Source of the DNA: Flavobacteriales bacterium UBA2798
GTDB lineage: Bacteria; Bacteroidota; Bacteroidia; Flavobacteriales_D; UBA2798
Direction: 5' to 3'
Assembly (NCBI GenBank): GCA_002351955.1
Contig: DEHO01000054.1
Coordinates: 30,345-80,574 of the forward strand
Length of the DNA: 50,230 nt
Of this stretch, positions 46,946 to 50,230 are shown piece by piece; position 1 is the first letter of the stretch; each line of letters begins with the position of its first letter. The translations under genes and the position numbers were made by a program. Below the pieces are notes generated by a model. It did not search any database. It saw only the letters and a program-made list of their open reading frames with translations, and was not told the origin of the DNA.

Positions 46946-47470
46946 TTAACGATGTTGATCAATTAAAATTTCATTTCCATCAGGATCTTTTAACATAATA
47001 TATGCCGGACCTTTCGTTGTGTCGGGAGCTTCAACATCGAGTACTATTCCTTTCGCTTTCAGTTTTTGTTGAATTTCACGTACATCGTCAAATTCTTTCA
47101 GATCTTTTGCGCTTTCATCCCATCCCGGATTAAACGTGAGGATGTTTTTTTCAAACATGCCCTGAAACAAACCAATCAATGCGTTTTGGTTTTTCATGAT
47201 CAGATAGTTGTCTTTCATATCGCCTCCACTGGTGGTAAAACCTAAATGTTCATAGAATATTTTTGAGGCCTGAAGATCCTTTACGTTCAAACTGATTGAA
47301 AAGGCTCCGAGCGGTAAAGTGCTTTCTGCAACCGGAGTTTGTTTTACTACTGCTGTATCACATGTTGATTTGTCGCAACTATGTGCGCTCTTGCAAAAAA
47401 TAGAATTAGTAAAGAATCCCAGAAAATAAGAACCGATCAGTAAAAGAAAAATGATAAAAATGTTTTTCAT
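46946..47470 (-). CDS. VOC (glyoxalase/bleomycin-resistance fold) family protein, membrane-anchored or exported
   Basis: N-terminal hydrophobic segment MKNIFIIFLLLIGSYFLGFF, then a VOC-like core FSISLNVKDLQASKIFYEHLGF ... LKDPDGNEILIDQH. Confidence 0.6.
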   Translation of the reverse strand: MKNIFIIFLLLIGSYFLGFFTNSIFCKSAHSCDKSTCDTAVVKQTPVAESTLPLGAFSISLNVKDLQASKIFYEHLGFTTSGGDMKDNYLIMKNQNALIGLFQGMFEKNILTFNPGWDESAKDLKEFDDVREIQQKLKAKGIVLDVEAPDTTKGPAYIMLKDPDGNEILIDQHR

Positions 47471-47518
47471 GGTTTATAGTTTAAATATGCTATGTTGATC
47501 TATTTATTAATGCACAAA

Positions 47519-48532
47519 TTACTTTTTTAAAGTATTTAGAAAATTTACCGTGTTGCCAATGGCTTCATCTGCATTCTTAAAGCGATAATTCAAGGCCTGA
47601 ATAATTTTACTGCTGTCGTACTCATAAACCGCATGAGCCGCACGTGCAGTTTCGCGGGTGATGAGTGGTTTTCTTCCGGTGAGTTTACTCGCTAATTTTT
47701 CCCATCTCCATGCAAAGCCGGTCATGAAGCTTGTTGCTTTAATGCTTGATGGTTTTTTTTCAAAGGCACGGGCAATCTTATTGAAGAGATCGCGAAAACG
47801 AATATTTTCTCCTGTAACCAGAAACCGTTCTTCCTCAATCTGACTTTCCATAAGTTGAAGCATGATTGCCGAAACATCACGCACGTCTACAATAGCATTA
47901 CCTCCTTCTGTATAGAATTTCATTCCGCCTGAACCCTGACGAAACATTGCAGTGCTGCCGGAATTCCAGTCGGCCGGTCCTAATATTACACTGGGGTTAA
48001 CAATAACAGCACATAAGCCTTCTTCTATCCCTCTCCACACTTCCCGTTCCGCATTGTATTTGGTAATGGCGTACCAGGTGTTTTCCGGTGCGTTTTTCCA
48101 TTGTGTTTTTTCAGTGATCATTTCATTACTCTTCGATCGGCCAAGAGCTGCTGTGGAGCTGACATGACAAAGTTTTCTAATTTGTGCATCCAGACATGCG
48201 TTCACAAGATTGGCTGTGCCGATGTCGTTTATTTCTGTCATTCGTCTTCTGTCCGACGGATCAAAACTTACAAGGGCTGCACAGTGGTACACCTCTGTAA
48301 TTCCGTCCAGGGCGTCATCCAATGAAAAAATATCACAAACATCCCCGTCAAACCATTCAATGGTTGAAAGAAATTCAGTTGCACTATCAGGAACGTAATA
48401 ATGAAAAAGAAGTTCAACGTTTTTGATCTTTTCACGGTTTCTAACCAGGGCACGAACTTTTTTACCGTGACGAACCAGGTCCAGCAAAAGATGTGAGCCT
48501 AATAGTCCGGTTGATCCTGTTACTAAAACCAT
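47519..48532 (-). CDS. NAD-dependent epimerase/dehydratase family SDR
   Basis: Rossmann motif VLVTGSTGLLGSHL, catalytic YAITK (YxxxK), 337 aa extended-SDR architecture. Confidence 0.8.
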   Translation of the reverse strand: MVLVTGSTGLLGSHLLLDLVRHGKKVRALVRNREKIKNVELLFHYYVPDSATEFLSTIEWFDGDVCDIFSLDDALDGITEVYHCAALVSFDPSDRRRMTEINDIGTANLVNACLDAQIRKLCHVSSTAALGRSKSNEMITEKTQWKNAPENTWYAITKYNAEREVWRGIEEGLCAVIVNPSVILGPADWNSGSTAMFRQGSGGMKFYTEGGNAIVDVRDVSAIMLQLMESQIEEERFLVTGENIRFRDLFNKIARAFEKKPSSIKATSFMTGFAWRWEKLASKLTGRKPLITRETARAAHAVYEYDSSKIIQALNYRFKNADEAIGNTVNFLNTLKK

Positions 48533-48645
48533 GGGGTAAAGATAGTATTATAGCCTTTTCCATGCTTTAGGAAAGCTCAAGAAAGGTGGCTATTGTCTTG
48601 ATTGATAATTCCATTGCTGCAGTATTTTTCGTTCTGCGAATACTT

Positions 48646-48653
48646 TATCTTTG
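48646..48653 (+). promoter_or_regulatory. Bacteroidota -7 promoter box TATCTTTG
   Basis: Matches TAnnTTTG. The tyrS ATG (48658) follows after only 4 nt. Confidence 0.45.
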
Positions 48654-48657
48654 CAGG

Positions 48658-49947
48658 ATGAAGAATTTTATTGAAGAACTCCGCTGGAGAGGCATGCTTC
48701 ACGATGTTATGCCGGGAACCGAAGAATTGCTTAATTCAGGTAAACCCGTTAAAGCATATATTGGATTCGATCCCACTGCCGATTCGCTTGGGGTTGGGAA
48801 TCTTGTTCAGGTCATGACACTCGTACATTACCAACGTTGTGGTCACCAACCCATCGCTTTGGTTGGGGGAGCTACCGGGCTGGTGGGAGATCCTTCAGGA
48901 AAAAGTCAGGAGCGGAATCTTCTTACTGCCGAATTGCTTCAACATAACCTCAATTGTCAGCGTGCGCAGCTTGAAAAGTTCCTTGATTTTTCAGGAACAA
49001 ATGCTGCCAGCATCGTGAATAATTACGATTGGTTCAGTTCATTTAGTTTTCTCGATTTTATTCGTGATGTGGGAAAACATATTACGGTGAATTACATGAT
49101 GGCAAAAGACTCAGTGAAAAAGCGCATCACAGGAGAAGAGCGCGAAGGGATGTCTTTTACAGAATTCACATATCAGCTTATTCAGGGGTATGACTTCTTC
49201 CACCTTTGGAAAAACCATGGTGTACTATTGCAAATGGGTGGAAGCGACCAATGGGGAAATATTACAACGGGAACAGAGCTTATCCGAAGAATGGATGGAG
49301 GAGAAGCTTTTGCGCTTACAACTCCGCTGATTAAAAAAGCTGACGGAACAAAGTTTGGAAAAACGGAAAGTGGAAATATCTGGCTGGATAAAAAGCGTAC
49401 TTCTGCTTACCAGTTTTATCAGTTTTGGCTGAATGCAGCAGATGCAGATGCAGAAAACTACATCAAAATATTTTCAATTAAGGACAAAGAAGAGATTGAA
49501 GCAATTATTGCTGAACACCGTGCCGCACCTCATGAGCGAAAACTCCAGAAGGAATTAGCTCGGGAAATAACTGTCAGGGTTCACTCTGATGCCGATTATG
49601 AAACTGCTCTTGAAGCTTCAGCTATTCTTTTTGGAAAAGCGACATCTGAGAATTTGCGTAAGCTGTCTGAAGATGATTTTCTTTCTGTTTTCGAAGGCGT
49701 TCCCCAGGGGAAAATTCCGAGAGCAGAACTGCATACCGGAGTTGATCTGGTGACATTGCTCGGCGAAAAAAGCGGTTTCCTCAAATCACGAGGCGAGGCA
49801 CGTCGCGCCATTGAGGAAAATTCGATCGCCTTGAACAAGGATAAAGTTACAATGGAACAAATAGTCTCCGATGCTGATTTAATCAGCGGAAAGTATTTGT
49901 TATTGCAACGCGGAAAGAAAAATTATTTTCTTCTGATCGCAGAATAA
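48658..49947 (+). CDS. tyrS: tyrosine--tRNA ligase (atypical HIGH motif)
   Basis: [16 protein letters not shown]..., [26 protein letters not shown], the KMSKS-equivalent KFGKTESG and a C-terminal S4-like domain. The HIGH position reads GVGN (aa 45-48). I prefer ATG 48658 over the GTG/TTG-extended track ORF. Confidence 0.9.
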   Translation: MKNFIEELRWRGMLHDVMPGTEELLNSGKPVKAYIGFDPTADSLGVGNLVQVMTLVHYQRCGHQPIALVGGATGLVGDPSGKSQERNLLTAELLQHNLNCQRAQLEKFLDFSGTNAASIVNNYDWFSSFSFLDFIRDVGKHITVNYMMAKDSVKKRITGEEREGMSFTEFTYQLIQGYDFFHLWKNHGVLLQMGGSDQWGNITTGTELIRRMDGGEAFALTTPLIKKADGTKFGKTESGNIWLDKKRTSAYQFYQFWLNAADADAENYIKIFSIKDKEEIEAIIAEHRAAPHERKLQKELAREITVRVHSDADYETALEASAILFGKATSENLRKLSEDDFLSVFEGVPQGKIPRAELHTGVDLVTLLGEKSGFLKSRGEARRAIEENSIALNKDKVTMEQIVSDADLISGKYLLLQRGKKNYFLLIAE

Positions 49948-50230
49948 TTATCTGGCAATTACAACGCGTATTGTTTGACTGAGATTGCCTGTCTGAACAA
50001 GTAGCAAATAATTTCCTGCACCAAATTCAGCGCAATTAATGCGGTGATTTCCATTGGCAGAACTTTGATATACTGTTCTTCCTGTTATGTCTGTCATTTG
50101 AATGGACGCTTTTTGTTCCTGTGCTGAGATTGTTATTTCCATCCATTCATTTACAGGATTTGGCGCAACTGTAACAGTGAGTTTTTGTTCGATTTCTTCT
50201 GTTCCTGTGGTATGACTAACAAACACTGTT
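49948..50230 (-). CDS. 3' end of a T9SS-secreted protein (type-A C-terminal sorting domain); 5' part lies outside the window
   Basis: The C-terminal ~80 aa, VAPNPVNEWMEITIS...GNYLLLVQTGNLSQTIRVVIAR, fit the T9SS CTD pattern. The frame stays open to the window edge. Confidence 0.7.
   Translation of the reverse strand, partial: TVFVSHTTGTEEIEQKLTVTVAPNPVNEWMEITISAQEQKASIQMTDITGRTVYQSSANGNHRINCAEFGAGNYLLLVQTGNLSQTIRVVIAR

Noticed and set aside
1-50230. Search for CRISPR arrays, tRNA/rRNA genes, transposases, integrases, phage or known defence-system genes
   Set aside because: No spaced direct-repeat array, no cloverleaf-compatible intergenic segment and no recombinase or reverse-transcriptase motif was seen. 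All intergenic gaps are 344 nt or shorter.

Overview
This is a densely coded chromosomal segment that looks like Bacteroidota. The evidence is three proteins with T9SS type-A C-terminal sorting domains, repeated TAnnTTTG (-7 type) promoter boxes just upstream of start codons, and typical Bacteroidota gene families. I found no rRNA, tRNA, CRISPR array, transposase, integrase or phage genes. Recognisable housekeeping genes are recJ, dut, uvrC, gpsA, tyrS, an enoyl-CoA hydratase, an S9 peptidase and a MOP-family flippase. They are interleaved with signalling proteins: two orphan histidine kinases and a TPR-SpoIIE phosphatase. Four accessory modules are most worth a second look. (1) A dabA-dabB (DUF2309 plus NuoL-like) inorganic-carbon pump is followed directly by a SulP/STAS anion transporter (39.7-45.7 kb). 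(2) A minus-strand operon runs small membrane protein, TonB-dependent receptor, then two T9SS-secreted RCC1 beta-propeller proteins (29.1-36.2 kb). (3) A Crp/Fnr regulator sits directly upstream of a rhodanese/DUF2892/DUF6132 sulfur operon, with a near-perfect TGTGA-N6-TCAC site at class-II distance from that operon's predicted promoter (8.7-10.5 kb). (4) A cluster of uncharacterised envelope proteins lies at 36.4-39.6 kb, one of them interrupted by an in-frame TAA. The tyrS gene encodes GVGN where the class-I HIGH motif should be. All functional calls rest on motifs read by eye from the translations. No database search was run.
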